A stretch of DNA of 63,930 bases, the filler included, from Octopus bimaculoides (taxonomy: Eukaryota), in NCBI RefSeq assembly GCF_001194135.2. It is 6 parts of 6 records of this genome, joined end to end, with 100 filler letters (N's around TTAATTAATTAA, not from the genome) between each part and the next. Parts side by side here need not be neighbours in the genome. Positions count along the whole stretch, not along the records: positions 62,537 to 63,930 come from NW_026417495.1; 5 more parts are not named here. One strand, 5' to 3'. Position numbers and translations under genes: made by a program. The notes under the pieces are model-generated. The model searched no databases. It saw nothing but the letters and a program-made list of their open reading frames with translations, and was not told the DNA's origin. Below, in pieces: positions 63,151 to 63,930 of the stretch. Position 1 is the first letter of the stretch. Every line of letters starts with the position of its first letter.

Positions 63151-63528
63151 GAGACGTAACCAACCAACCAACCAGCCAGCCTACCAACCAAGCAACAATC
63201 AATTCCCACTGTTACATTAGCGACATCAGTCACCAGTACAAATAGCTACTAGTACTAAAATAAAGTACTAAAAATGTACTAAAACGCTCACACACACACA
63301 CACACACACATAATATTTAAAATAAATATAAATATTAAAACATTACACACACATATATATAAATATATATACACAGACATACATATATATTAATATGAGC
63401 AAAGCAAAACAACTTTAAATTATATTATTTCAGTTATTAGAATTATTACAATTAATTTAATATTTTATAAGTATTGTTAGTAGTGAAATTGGTGTTTATT
63501 GTTTACAATATAAATTACTAAGTTACGT

Positions 63529-63930
63529 AAGGCGGTGAGCTGGCAGAAAGAAACGTCAACACATATTTCGTCTGCCGTTGTTACGTTCTGAGTTCAAATT
63601 CCGTCGAGGTCGACTTTGCCTTCCATCCTTTCAGGATCGATAAATTAAGTAGCAGTTACGCACTGGGGTCGATGTAATCGACTTAATGTCCTTGTTTGTC
63701 CCCTCTATGTTTTAGCCCCTTGTGGGCAATAAAGAATTAAGAAACGTTAGCATGCCGAGCGAAATGCTTAGCGGTATTTCGTCTGCTGTTACGTTCTGAG
63801 TTCGAATTCTGCCGAGGTCGACTTTGCCTTTCATCATTTCGGGGTCGATAAATTAAGTACCGGTTACACACTGGGGTCGGTGTAATCGACTTAATGTCCT
63901 TGTTTGTCCCCTCTATGTTTTAGCCCCTTG
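63529..63930 (+). mobile_element. SINE-B head-to-tail dimer (second unit starts at ~63740 and runs off the window)
   Basis: Both units share private features: GACTTAAT joined directly to GTCCTTG, and ATGTTTTAGCC. Confidence 0.92.

Overview
About 64 kb of AT-rich, microsatellite-saturated eukaryotic DNA from a gapped short-read assembly. The SINE families, LINE types and repeat load suggest an octopus (cephalopod) genome; this is an inference, not a database match. I find no host protein-coding exon, rRNA, true tRNA or CRISPR array that I can support, and almost all ORFs in the track are microsatellite or N-gap artefacts. The window is a transposon graveyard. It holds more than 30 copies or fragments of two tRNA-derived SINE families (called SINE-A and SINE-B here), a CR1-type LINE RT remnant, two decayed mariner elements, mariner, Tigger and hAT MITEs, and an RTE-X fragment. 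A dense island at 53.3-61.3 kb contains an inverted pair of LINE-like 3' ends, a complete non-autonomous Helitron, a 5'-truncated RTE LINE, a Penelope-like element (GIY-YIG) with hammerhead-like motifs, and the 3' end of a Dong/R4-type LINE. The best leads are: a PHD-type zinc finger inserted inside the RTE reverse transcriptase; a minimal hammerhead ribozyme fold; a 3' tail shared between SINE-B and a LINE-like element; a hairpin module shared by both SINE families; and a templated-insertion repair scar inside a mariner. Five 100-bp gaps carry an artificial TTAATTAATTAA linker. I cannot claim a wholly new biological system from this window alone.
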